Below, in pieces: positions 1 through 8,569 of a stretch of 26,128 bases of DNA (position 1 is its first letter; every line of letters starts with the position of its first letter). The DNA comes from a virus (lineage: Duplodnaviria > Caudoviricetes). Location of the stretch: IMG/VR virus record IMGVR_UViG_3300017770_000132, positions 1-26,128 of that record; one strand, 5' to 3'. Both the position numbers and the translations under genes were made by a program. The notes under the pieces were generated by a model. It saw only the letters and a program-made list of their open reading frames with translations. It ran no database searches and had not been told where the DNA came from.

Positions 1-42
1 AGGCCGTTTATTGATGCGCCGCACTTTGAGCTAATGCTTTAG
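1..42 (+). CDS. 3' end of a probable endolysin, peptidase M15 (L-Ala-D-Glu peptidase-like); partial
   Basis: Frame 1 reads RPFIDAPHFELML*. DxPHFEL is the typical C-terminal Zn-ligand motif of phage M15 endolysins. The TAG (40-42) overlaps the AGGAG RBS of the next gene. Confidence 0.7.
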   Translation, partial: RPFIDAPHFELML

Positions 43-53
43 GAGAGTTATCT

Positions 54-1919
54 ATGGCCTATACAAAACTGCAGTTCAAACCGGGAATTGTCCGCGATGT
101 TACACGATATAGTAATAATGGTGGTTGGTTTGATAGTAATCGCATTAGGTTTCGTATGGGTTTTCCTGAAACTATTGGGGGTTGGACTAAACTCAACAAT
201 ACTCCGATCCTTGGCACCTGCAGATCGCTACATAATTGGAGTAACTTAGCGGGTACGCCCAATGTAGGAGCAGGTACTAACTTAAAGTTTTACGTATTAA
301 CGGGTAACTTTCCTGAAGATATTACTCCTATACGTGTATCCAACCGAACAGTTACTTTTACTGCAGGGTCAGTGGGGTCTAATACAGTTACTGTAAACGA
401 TGCAGGGCATGGTGCATTACTAAATGACTTCGTAACATTCTCTGGCGCTGCAAGCCTCGGCGGTAATATAACAGCCGCAGTCTTAAACAAAGAATACCAG
501 ATTACAGGTATGATAAGCTCCGATGCTTACACTATTACCACAGCCGTAGCTGTAGCTGGCGGTGACACAGGTAATGGAGGAGCAAGTTCCAAAGGCGCGT
601 ATCAAATAAATGTAGGCTTAGATACAGTTGTATTAGGTGGAGGTTGGGGCGCAGGTGCTTGGTCTCGCGGTACATGGAACTCTGAGGCTAATGTCCAAGT
701 AGCAGGCTCATCTTTGCGTTTATGGTCGCAAGATAATTTTGGTGAAGACCTAATTATGTGCATACGTGGGGGCGGTATATTTTACTGGGACTTATCTGGT
801 GGAGTGACTAATCGCGCAGTAGCGTTATCAACACTAGCTAACGCACAGTCTGCACCAACAGTGGCTAACATTGTCTTAGTGTCTGAAAAAGATAGGCATG
901 TAATAGCTTTTGGGTGCGACCCTGAAAGTGCTACTGGGGTACAGAACCCACTAACGATACGGTTTTCTAGTCAAGAATCAGCTACAGAATGGCGCACTTT
1001 GGATACTAATACTGCAGGAGAATTACAGCTTAGTACAGGAAGTGGGATTATAGCTGCCGTACAGACAAAACAACAGATACTTATTTTAACCGATGTATCT
1101 GCACATGCGATGCAGTACGTAGGTGATCCCTTTATCTATGGGCTTTCAGAAATATCTACAAATATATCTATAGCAGGACAAAATGCTGCGGTGGCTGTAG
1201 GTGATGCTGTATACTGGATGGGCAAAGGACAGTTTTATCTCTACAATGGTAGCGTTAGAGAAATACCCTGTGCAGTAAAAGAGTATGTCTTTAATGATAT
1301 TAACCTAGGACAGCTATCTAAGGTTATGGCTTCTAGCAATGCTGCATTTTCTGAAGTGTGGTGGTTTTACCCATCTAAAAACTCTATAAACAATGACAAG
1401 TATGTAATCTTTAACTACGCTGAAAATATTTGGTACTATGGATCGTTACCTAGAACTGCGTGGACAGATAACACAAGCAGTGGATTACCTCTTGCGGCTA
1501 GCACAGACGGGTATTTGTATACACATGAATTTGGTAATGACGATGGCAGTACAGACCCTGTGTCAGATATTGGCGCGTTTATAGAATCTAGTCCTATAGA
1601 ACTTAGTGACGGCAATCAGTTTATGTTTGGGCGTAGAATACTACCTGACATATCATTTAGAGATTCTACAAGTGGCGCTACTGCAGCAGCAGAACTTAGC
1701 ATATCAGCAAGGAATAATCCCGGTGGCAGTGCTTTTGGTAATGAGGATAACACCATAACAGGACAGCCTATAGCTGTAGGTACATTTACTGAAGAAGTAG
1801 ATATACGTATCAGAGGTAGGTCTGTAGCAATTAAACTAAGTTCTATATCTGGCATGTCTGGTGTGTCGTGGAGACTTGGCACCCCTAGAATAGATGTACG
1901 TCCAGACGGGAGACGATAA
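54..1919 (+). CDS. Tail nozzle / head-closure (packaged DNA stabilization) protein, P22 gp10 / T7 gp12-like beta-propeller
   Basis: 621-aa ORF with AGGAG RBS at 41-45. Beta-rich, with motifs typical of this family (RFRMGFPETIGGW, IRFSSQE..TEW, YWMGKGQFYLYNG, EVWWFYP, C-terminal RPDGRR) and an inserted 'TVTV...HG..LNDFVTFSG' beta domain. It lies upstream of the ejection genes. Confidence 0.75.
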   Translation: MAYTKLQFKPGIVRDVTRYSNNGGWFDSNRIRFRMGFPETIGGWTKLNNTPILGTCRSLHNWSNLAGTPNVGAGTNLKFYVLTGNFPEDITPIRVSNRTVTFTAGSVGSNTVTVNDAGHGALLNDFVTFSGAASLGGNITAAVLNKEYQITGMISSDAYTITTAVAVAGGDTGNGGASSKGAYQINVGLDTVVLGGGWGAGAWSRGTWNSEANVQVAGSSLRLWSQDNFGEDLIMCIRGGGIFYWDLSGGVTNRAVALSTLANAQSAPTVANIVLVSEKDRHVIAFGCDPESATGVQNPLTIRFSSQESATEWRTLDTNTAGELQLSTGSGIIAAVQTKQQILILTDVSAHAMQYVGDPFIYGLSEISTNISIAGQNAAVAVGDAVYWMGKGQFYLYNGSVREIPCAVKEYVFNDINLGQLSKVMASSNAAFSEVWWFYPSKNSINNDKYVIFNYAENIWYYGSLPRTAWTDNTSSGLPLAASTDGYLYTHEFGNDDGSTDPVSDIGAFIESSPIELSDGNQFMFGRRILPDISFRDSTSGATAAAELSISARNNPGGSAFGNEDNTITGQPIAVGTFTEEVDIRIRGRSVAIKLSSISGMSGVSWRLGTPRIDVRPDGRR

Positions 1920-2170
1920 TGACTACTGACATACCTATTCCGTTTTTTGGTGATGCCCCACCTGAGTACTCGCCATCCTACTTTGCACAGCTAACACGAA
2001 ACTTTGCGTTGTACGCACAGCAAATGAATAATCCCGGCCCTATGCGGGGTACAACTCTAGTGATGACTAATCTCCCTGTGTTTGCTAATAACACAGCAGC
2101 GGTATCTGGCGGACTAGCCGTTAACAGTGTCTACAAGACTTCTGGCGGTGAACTGAGGATAGTAGTATGA
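1919..2170 (+). CDS. Small hypothetical protein, probably virion/tail associated
   Basis: 83 aa, TAATG-coupled to the nozzle gene. The C-terminal LPVFANN..A..GGLAVNSVYKT.GGELRIV resembles short tail-protein motifs. Confidence 0.6.
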   Translation: MTTDIPIPFFGDAPPEYSPSYFAQLTRNFALYAQQMNNPGPMRGTTLVMTNLPVFANNTAAVSGGLAVNSVYKTSGGELRIVV

Positions 2171-2183
2171 AGGATATTTTCTA

Positions 2184-3608
2184 ATGGCAGGTTTTTGGTC
2201 TAGCACATTTGGCGGCGGAAATAGCTTTGGAGAAAGCGTAGCAAATGTAACTACTCCGGGAGATAACTTTGAATATCGTGGGGGTACGTTATATGAAGGC
2301 GATTCCAACGTACCTTACATGGGTCCAAATGTTAAAACAAACTACGGAACATTAGGACAAGCTGATTCTGAAAGTACGGGTGGCAAAAATTTCTATCAAA
2401 ATGTTACAAGTAGCGGAGATACACGCAGTTCTACCGCACAATCAGGGCCATCAAATGTACCTCCTGCAGAACGAGGTACTAGAACTACTACAATGCAAAA
2501 AGTTATTCCCGGTATTGCACTTGGCGCGGCTGGGTTTGGACCTATTGTGGCAGGTGCTGCTTTATATAGAGGACTAGGTTCTAACCAATATGGTGTACCT
2601 CAGTTTCAAAATCCTAGCGGGGAGTTTACTACTACACAAGATAAAATAGATCGTGCTGTAGCAAGAGCAACTGCCACAAAGAAAGGAACTGCAGGAACAG
2701 GGGACGGCAAGTCTTTTTTTGGTGGTGAACGTAGTTCAGAAGGTTATACAAGCGATATAAGAAAAGCGGGTGTAAAACATCCAAGAATTGAAGGGGCATT
2801 TTTTAAGAAAGATGATCCTAGTGGTCGAGCTTATAAAATCAATGCTTTTGGTAACAGCTATGAAGTTGATACTTTTGGACCAAACATAGGTAATTCTTCT
2901 CAGATTCGTAGAGATGCCGAAGCTGCTATGATGCCTGATGATGGTGGTATTGCTATGGTACGTCGCGCTGCTCCCATAACACAGGCTACCGTACCTACTG
3001 ATGGTCTACCTGCTGCGAGTGCTATGTCCCAAGAGGCTGCGGCGGGTCAGTTTATGCCTATACCTAATCCCGACTATGATCCTACAGACCCGTTATCTCC
3101 AAGATATATTATTAACCCAACATACGATCAGCTTGTTGAGTATAAAAAATCTGTAACAGGTATGGCAAGAGGTGGTGAGGTTGAGTCGGCGCTGGGCGGT
3201 AATGAGAAAGACCTGATTAACGATGCTGAAAAAGCTATACGTGGTGAGTTGGACGAGACTAGGGCCGCTATTATTCTTGCTCAATACGTGCAGCAGTACG
3301 GAGAAGATGCGTTAAGAGACTTGATAGATAGTGTACGTACTGGTGAGGCCGACGAAACTCGCGCACGGTTTGCAATGGGGAGAAACGGGGTAGTGCGTGG
3401 CAATGGTGATGGATCAGGCACAGACGATAAAGTACCTGCTAAACTCAAAGAAGGCAACTCTGAACAAGATGTATTGCTAGCAGAAGGTGAGTTTGTATTG
3501 CGTAAAGATGCTTACGAAGCATTAAAAGATGCAGGGGTAAACGTAGATAAGGTAAATGATGCGGGTTCTAACGCAGCTAAAGAACTTAATAAGATGATGA
3601 CCGGATGA
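2184..3608 (+). CDS. Putative internal virion protein: low-complexity N-terminus, MARGG motif, C-terminal 'G.GDG..D.VPA...L.EGEFV' domain
   Basis: 474-aa ORF with AAGGA RBS at about 2170-2174. The C-terminal motif resembles the GxGxxxSDxIPAxLSxGEFV segment recalled from phage tape-measure and virion proteins. Confidence 0.6.
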   Translation: MAGFWSSTFGGGNSFGESVANVTTPGDNFEYRGGTLYEGDSNVPYMGPNVKTNYGTLGQADSESTGGKNFYQNVTSSGDTRSSTAQSGPSNVPPAERGTRTTTMQKVIPGIALGAAGFGPIVAGAALYRGLGSNQYGVPQFQNPSGEFTTTQDKIDRAVARATATKKGTAGTGDGKSFFGGERSSEGYTSDIRKAGVKHPRIEGAFFKKDDPSGRAYKINAFGNSYEVDTFGPNIGNSSQIRRDAEAAMMPDDGGIAMVRRAAPITQATVPTDGLPAASAMSQEAAAGQFMPIPNPDYDPTDPLSPRYIINPTYDQLVEYKKSVTGMARGGEVESALGGNEKDLINDAEKAIRGELDETRAAIILAQYVQQYGEDALRDLIDSVRTGEADETRARFAMGRNGVVRGNGDGSGTDDKVPAKLKEGNSEQDVLLAEGEFVLRKDAYEALKDAGVNVDKVNDAGSNAAKELNKMMTG

Positions 3609-4054
3609 AAGATGCAATCGTAGAAAGCAACCCTGTTATAACACCTGTACCTGTTGAGTACCTAGATACGGTGTGGCCTCAAGTTGAGGAGTTTATGGAT
3701 CGTGCGGTGCGGACTACAAACGACAAGTTTACTACTCAAAGCGTTTATGATGATATAAAACGTGGTTTTTATACGTTATGGATTATTGTTAAGGATGATG
3801 TTATTGTGACTGCACTTACAACTCGCATACTAGAATACCCTAACAAACGTGGGTTAGCAGTTGATTGGGTTGGCGGTGGCAATATGGTAGAGGTCTTAGC
3901 TTTGTCTCAGTCTAAACTACGTAAATACGCTAAAGATAATAACTGTGACCACCTTGAAGGTTACGGACGTAAGGCATGGGGACGATGCCTAAAGAAGTAT
4001 GGCTGGAAGCCAGAATACATTGCTTATAAAATGGAGTTATCCGATGGGCGGTAG
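3605..4054 (+). CDS. GNAT-fold acetyltransferase-like virion assembly protein (P22 gp14 / T7 gp13 position)
   Basis: 149 aa, ATGA overlap with the upstream gene. The pattern LW...T.I..YP.K..L.V.W.GG..M......L..YAK.N.C..LEGYGRK.W.R.L...GW is typical. It sits immediately before the first ejection protein. Confidence 0.65.
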   Translation: MKDAIVESNPVITPVPVEYLDTVWPQVEEFMDRAVRTTNDKFTTQSVYDDIKRGFYTLWIIVKDDVIVTALTTRILEYPNKRGLAVDWVGGGNMVEVLALSQSKLRKYAKDNNCDHLEGYGRKAWGRCLKKYGWKPEYIAYKMELSDGR

Positions 4055-5105
4055 TACAACATACAACAGCACAACTACTCAAGCGGGTTCTTCTGTTGCG
4101 GACTTACCCGCATGGGCCAAACCTTACTTTGAACGTAACTTAGCTAAAGCCGAAGCCGAGTACGGTAAGCCGTATGAAGCCTACACGGGTGATCGGCTTG
4201 CAGGGCAAAGCCAAGATACGCTTGATGCCATATCGGGTACGCGTGACCTTGCTAACCGAGAGGTAGGAATAACAGGTCTTTCTGGCGCACAAGATTATAT
4301 GACAGACGGTATGGCTACCGCAGAGACGTTAGGTGATTACAACCCTAATACGTTCAGTCAGTTTGGGTATAACGATGCAGCTAAATTTACAGGTGACAAT
4401 GTAGGGCAGTATATGAACCCCTACACACAGAATGTTGTAGATCGGCAAAAAGCCGAAGCCATGCGGGACTTTCAACGAACTCAAGGCGCTAGAAATGCAC
4501 AAGCAGTACAAGCAGGTGCATTTGGTGGGTCACGCGGCGCAGTGCGTAACTTCTTAGCTGAAGATTCTATGATGAATCGCATGGGTATGATCCAAGATAA
4601 AGGGCTGCGTGACGCTTACAAGGATGCAACCACACAGTTTACTGCTTCTCGTAAAGCAGACATGGATGTTGATAAGGCTCGTGCTGCAGAGCTTGCACGG
4701 TTTGAGAAGTCTACGGAGGATGCAGATCAGTTTGCTGCTAAACAAGGACTTGCCGCATTAGGTGTAGGGGCAGGGCTTGCTAAAGATTCGGTGGCTTTGG
4801 GTGAGTTAGATCGCCAAACTGATATACAAAACTTGCAGTTGCTAGAAGGTATTGGCGCTGCCGAAGAAGGCAGAAACCAGCAACAGCTTGATTTAGACTA
4901 CAATGAGTTTTTAGCCAAAAAGGGCTATACCGCTGAACAAATTGGTAACATGACGGGTATCCTATCGGGTATGCCGATTGCTGCTACAGGCACGAATACG
5001 TATCAGGGTACATCTACACAACCTGTGCGAGAGCCGGGAACGCTACAACAGCTAGCGGGTGCAGGGCTTACGGGACTATCTCTCTATAAAGCCTACGGGG
5101 GTTAA
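4044..5105 (+). CDS. DNA ejection / pilot (internal virion) protein
   Basis: Start moved from 3999 to ATG 4044 (GGAG RBS at 4033-4036; begins MGGSTT; 353 aa). Motifs LPAWAKPY, PYEAYTGDR, YMNPYTQNVVD and AGAFGGSR. Ala/Gln/Gly-rich helical protein with a hydrophobic Gly-rich C-terminus. Confidence 0.7.
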   Translation: MGGSTTYNSTTTQAGSSVADLPAWAKPYFERNLAKAEAEYGKPYEAYTGDRLAGQSQDTLDAISGTRDLANREVGITGLSGAQDYMTDGMATAETLGDYNPNTFSQFGYNDAAKFTGDNVGQYMNPYTQNVVDRQKAEAMRDFQRTQGARNAQAVQAGAFGGSRGAVRNFLAEDSMMNRMGMIQDKGLRDAYKDATTQFTASRKADMDVDKARAAELARFEKSTEDADQFAAKQGLAALGVGAGLAKDSVALGELDRQTDIQNLQLLEGIGAAEEGRNQQQLDLDYNEFLAKKGYTAEQIGNMTGILSGMPIAATGTNTYQGTSTQPVREPGTLQQLAGAGLTGLSLYKAYGG

Positions 5106-5107
5106 TT

Positions 5108-8100
5108 ATGCAGAACCTGTTAGAAATACAAAACGCACTTCGTAACGCGTCAGAGCAGCAGCTTATAGGACTTTTGCAAAACCCTAACCCTACAGTGCCA
5201 CAATGGGCTGTAGTCGCGCAAATGAACACTAACAAAGAGATGCTTGATGAGCAAACACGGCAACAAGGGTTAGGCCAGTCTACTATTCTTGAAAAACAAC
5301 TTGAAACGTCACAGGTTAACGTATCAGGTATGCCTCAAGACGCTGCTAGTACTATGGGGCAGAATATGGCTTCCAAGACTGACACAGATCAAAACACAGG
5401 TATAGCTTCTGTCGCACCTGTAGCTACTATGGCTAGTGGTGGTATTTTAAAGATGGGTCTCGGCGGAGACCTAGATGCACAGTTTATTCTTACTGATATA
5501 CCTGAGTTAGGTATACGTGCAGGGCAATTTATAAAAGTTTCAGCCGAAACGTTAGAAAAGTTAAATAATACTTTACCTAAAATAATGGCTAAACATGGGG
5601 ATAAGGTTGCATCAGTACAGTCTTATGTGGACGATGGATATAGAGGACTTGCTAGTGCTGCTCGTGAAGGCGACGCGTTAATCCCTACTAGAGTTAAAAA
5701 GTATATTGAAAACACTAACCCTGCACCTGAAGTTGCTACGTCTGTAGAAGTGCCTACAACACCCGAAAACTACGGTGTGTCTGCAGGCTTACCCCCCGCT
5801 GGCGGCGCTATGTATTCATCTCCTACAGGTGCTAGAGGTGGCAGTACAGACTCTTCTGGTTTAGGTTTACCTACTAGTGAATTTAGCGAAGTCCCTTTAT
5901 CTGCTATACCTAGGCCCAAAGGCTTGGCTACACTTGGTGCTGCTGGTGATGCTGATATGCTTGATGAAACTGTAGGTGTTCAGACTGCTCCTACAACACC
6001 ATCGTCACCCGGCATTGCTGCAGGTACTCCGTTTGATGCTACAAAATACACGCCGCGACTTCCTGAAAAGATTGTTAAAACCACTAAAACTGATCCCATG
6101 CAGATGACAGATACTGAGATTAGAAATGCGTCTCAGGGGTTAATACCTTACGATATGTCAATGGCAGCAGATGGCGCGCAAGACCCTAAACCTATTACTA
6201 TTGACTCTGCAGTAAAACCATCTGAAGAAGTTACAAACGCGCAGCTAGAAGTATTTGCAACAGATCGTGTAAATCCCTTTGCGTTTAACAAGGCTCCAGA
6301 AACTAAAAAACCTGAAGTGTTTGATCCGCTTAAAGGTCTGTTTATGTATCAAGCACTTGCTGATGATGCCCCAACAGATGATGAAAATTATGATGCAAAA
6401 ACAATTATAAAACGCATAAATGAGTTAAAAACACCAGAAGAAAAAGCTGCAACGCTTACAATGTTGAATAACCGATTTATAGATGCAGAACAAAAAGTTG
6501 AAAGTTTAGAAAAAAGACTTCAGCGCGCGCGTATAGCAAAACGAAGTGGTACTGGAGACTATAATTATGATGTAGAGGCAGGCGTAGGTCGCTTTGGGGC
6601 AGGTGAACTTGCAGACACATTAAAGAAAGAACTTATAGCGGCAAAAGATGATTTTAACTTACTATATCAAAATATTGGTGGTTTAGTACCTGCAAGTGGC
6701 TTTGGTGGTGATTTTGCTACGGAAAGATATTTTGGAAAAGATACAGTTAGCGCATTAAACAAACTAAAAGCCGATGATCTACAAGCTGAAGCCGCTGCCG
6801 ACGTTGCTAAAGTTACTACTGCGGAACCAGACTTAACCGCACAAACTGCGGGGGCTGAGGGCTATTTAAGACGGCAGCGAGAAAATAAAGAATTAGACGC
6901 AGAAGCAGTGTTAGACGCGGAAAGGGCCGCAGGATTAACTGCAGGAAAGAATGCTTTTGTAGCCCCTAGTAGTGCGGACCCAACATCAAATGCTGCGCTA
7001 ACTGCAAAACTCGTAGAACAGATGGAGGAAAAAGATGCCCCCGTTAGTGATAGTACAAGGCTTGACTCTTATCTTAATGCAGCAGGACAGCAAGGTAGAG
7101 CTATAGGGGCTGCTGCTAACTATACACCTAAACTTAACCTTCCATCTTACGAAGCACAGCTTGATGGCGAATTTGATAAACGTGTAATAGAAATGCGTGA
7201 ATTAGCTGATGGAATAGCTAGCGGTGAGTACACAGGTAATGGCTTAAAAATAGCGCAAGATAGAATTAAATACTTAAATAGTGTTATGGAGGCTACGGGC
7301 GGCGCAGAAACTCTTTTTGAATATTTAGATGATGGCGCAAAAAAAGTAGTGCAAAAAATTATTGCCCCTGCTGCAGTTAACATGGCTGATTTTATTCTTG
7401 GTGGCGGCGCACAAGTCGCCTTGCCTGAAGTATTAGGTGGCGGTGTTGCTAACACTGCTGCTACTCAAGATTATTTGGATATACTGCAAAGAGAAACAGA
7501 CGGTAAACCCAATATACCTACTAAGCCTTCGGTACTTGAGTCTAATTCTATTTTAGATGCTATGATTACTAACGACGCGCAAACTAAAGCTGGGTCTGCT
7601 GCTAAAGTAGATGATAGCCTAGGCGCGCTTATAACAGATGGAAAAGCACAAATAAAAGCTGTTCCGGGTCCGCTACTTACTCCTGAACTTAACAATAAAC
7701 TTGCGGCAGGACTAGAAACCGTAGTGCAGGATAGAACAAAAGAAATATCTGAAGATGGCGCTTTAATAAATAAAATGTGGGGGGAATCTAAACTTCAACC
7801 CGGAACAAATGTAGAAAGTCAAATTGTAAACGCAGAAGGTCTTACGGCTGCAGAGCAATTAGATGCGGACAGAGCTGCAGGATTGACTGCAGGAGAAAAT
7901 GCTTTTGTAGCCACTACAAATCAAGATGCAGGAGGGGGTGGGAAAGACAAACCTAAAGGTATAGCTACCATTAATCCTATGGCTAACCGTGCTAGTGACT
8001 CTCCATCGTCCTACGAGCAGAAGCTGTTGGATATTTTAGCAGAACGTGAAAAGTCGGCAGACCAAGACAAGTGGTTAGGTCTAGCTGAGATGGGTATGCG

Positions 8101-8557
8101 GCTTATGGCTAGCAGTAATCCTAACATGCTTAGTGCTATAGGTGAGTCAGGTCTAGGTGCCTTTGGGTCTTATATGGGTAAACAAAAAGCACAGGATGCT
8201 GAAGAACTCAACATTCTTGGTAAACTGGCTGATATGGATATGGCACAGCAGACGTTACAAGCCCGTAAAGATATTGCGCGCATGGCAGCAAATGCTAAAT
8301 CGCAAAAACCGTTAATGACTTTTGGACAGATGAATACTCAACTTCAAAGAGACGTTGATACTGCCGCAGAAACTTACGAAAAATTTACCGATCTAAATGG
8401 GGAAATTTTACCCGGTGTAAATAAAACTGAGGCAATGCAAGCAAGAGAAGACTTACAACGAGCGCAAACAGCTTTAGTTGAACATCTTGCACCCGCAGGT
8501 ATAGTTCCGACATTGCCGTATCAAAACATAAACAATCCAATAATTGATGTTAGTTAA
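5108..8557 (+). CDS. Large internal virion / ejection protein
   Basis: 1149 aa. Conserved-looking N-terminus (to MASGGILKMGLGG) and C-terminus (DKWLGLAEMGMRLMASSNPNMLSAIGESG) flank a long acidic Ala/Pro/Thr-rich middle. Position corresponds to T7 gp15 / P22 gp20. Confidence 0.65.
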   Translation: MQNLLEIQNALRNASEQQLIGLLQNPNPTVPQWAVVAQMNTNKEMLDEQTRQQGLGQSTILEKQLETSQVNVSGMPQDAASTMGQNMASKTDTDQNTGIASVAPVATMASGGILKMGLGGDLDAQFILTDIPELGIRAGQFIKVSAETLEKLNNTLPKIMAKHGDKVASVQSYVDDGYRGLASAAREGDALIPTRVKKYIENTNPAPEVATSVEVPTTPENYGVSAGLPPAGGAMYSSPTGARGGSTDSSGLGLPTSEFSEVPLSAIPRPKGLATLGAAGDADMLDETVGVQTAPTTPSSPGIAAGTPFDATKYTPRLPEKIVKTTKTDPMQMTDTEIRNASQGLIPYDMSMAADGAQDPKPITIDSAVKPSEEVTNAQLEVFATDRVNPFAFNKAPETKKPEVFDPLKGLFMYQALADDAPTDDENYDAKTIIKRINELKTPEEKAATLTMLNNRFIDAEQKVESLEKRLQRARIAKRSGTGDYNYDVEAGVGRFGAGELADTLKKELIAAKDDFNLLYQNIGGLVPASGFGGDFATERYFGKDTVSALNKLKADDLQAEAAADVAKVTTAEPDLTAQTAGAEGYLRRQRENKELDAEAVLDAERAAGLTAGKNAFVAPSSADPTSNAALTAKLVEQMEEKDAPVSDSTRLDSYLNAAGQQGRAIGAAANYTPKLNLPSYEAQLDGEFDKRVIEMRELADGIASGEYTGNGLKIAQDRIKYLNSVMEATGGAETLFEYLDDGAKKVVQKIIAPAAVNMADFILGGGAQVALPEVLGGGVANTAATQDYLDILQRETDGKPNIPTKPSVLESNSILDAMITNDAQTKAGSAAKVDDSLGALITDGKAQIKAVPGPLLTPELNNKLAAGLETVVQDRTKEISEDGALINKMWGESKLQPGTNVESQIVNAEGLTAAEQLDADRAAGLTAGENAFVATTNQDAGGGGKDKPKGIATINPMANRASDSPSSYEQKLLDILAEREKSADQDKWLGLAEMGMRLMASSNPNMLSAIGESGLGAFGSYMGKQKAQDAEELNILGKLADMDMAQQTLQARKDIARMAANAKSQKPLMTFGQMNTQLQRDVDTAAETYEKFTDLNGEILPGVNKTEAMQAREDLQRAQTALVEHLAPAGIVPTLPYQNINNPIIDVS
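6911..7912 (+). repeat. Dispersed 54-bp in-frame direct repeat (6911-6964 and 7859-7912)
   Basis: 47/54 nt identical. Encodes LDAERAAGLTAGKNAFVA and LDADRAAGLTAGENAFVA. Confidence 0.9.
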
Positions 8558-8569
8558 GGATAGTAACCT

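Noticed and set aside
340-610. E1-FCCH-like beta domain in the nozzle plus the C-terminal GG of the pilot protein as a ubiquitin-like conjugation system
   Set aside because: No E1 adenylation, E2, JAB or beta-grasp protein is visible, and this beta domain is a common structural insert in phage tail proteins.
1712-2037. 12-bp repeat GAATAATCCCGG at 1712-1723 and 2026-2037
   Set aside because: Only two copies, both encoding NNPG inside genes, which is compatible with chance.
3999-4043. ORF-track start at 3999 for the pilot protein
   Set aside because: It overlaps the GNAT gene by 56 nt with no clear RBS, whereas ATG 4044 has GGAG at 7-nt spacing.
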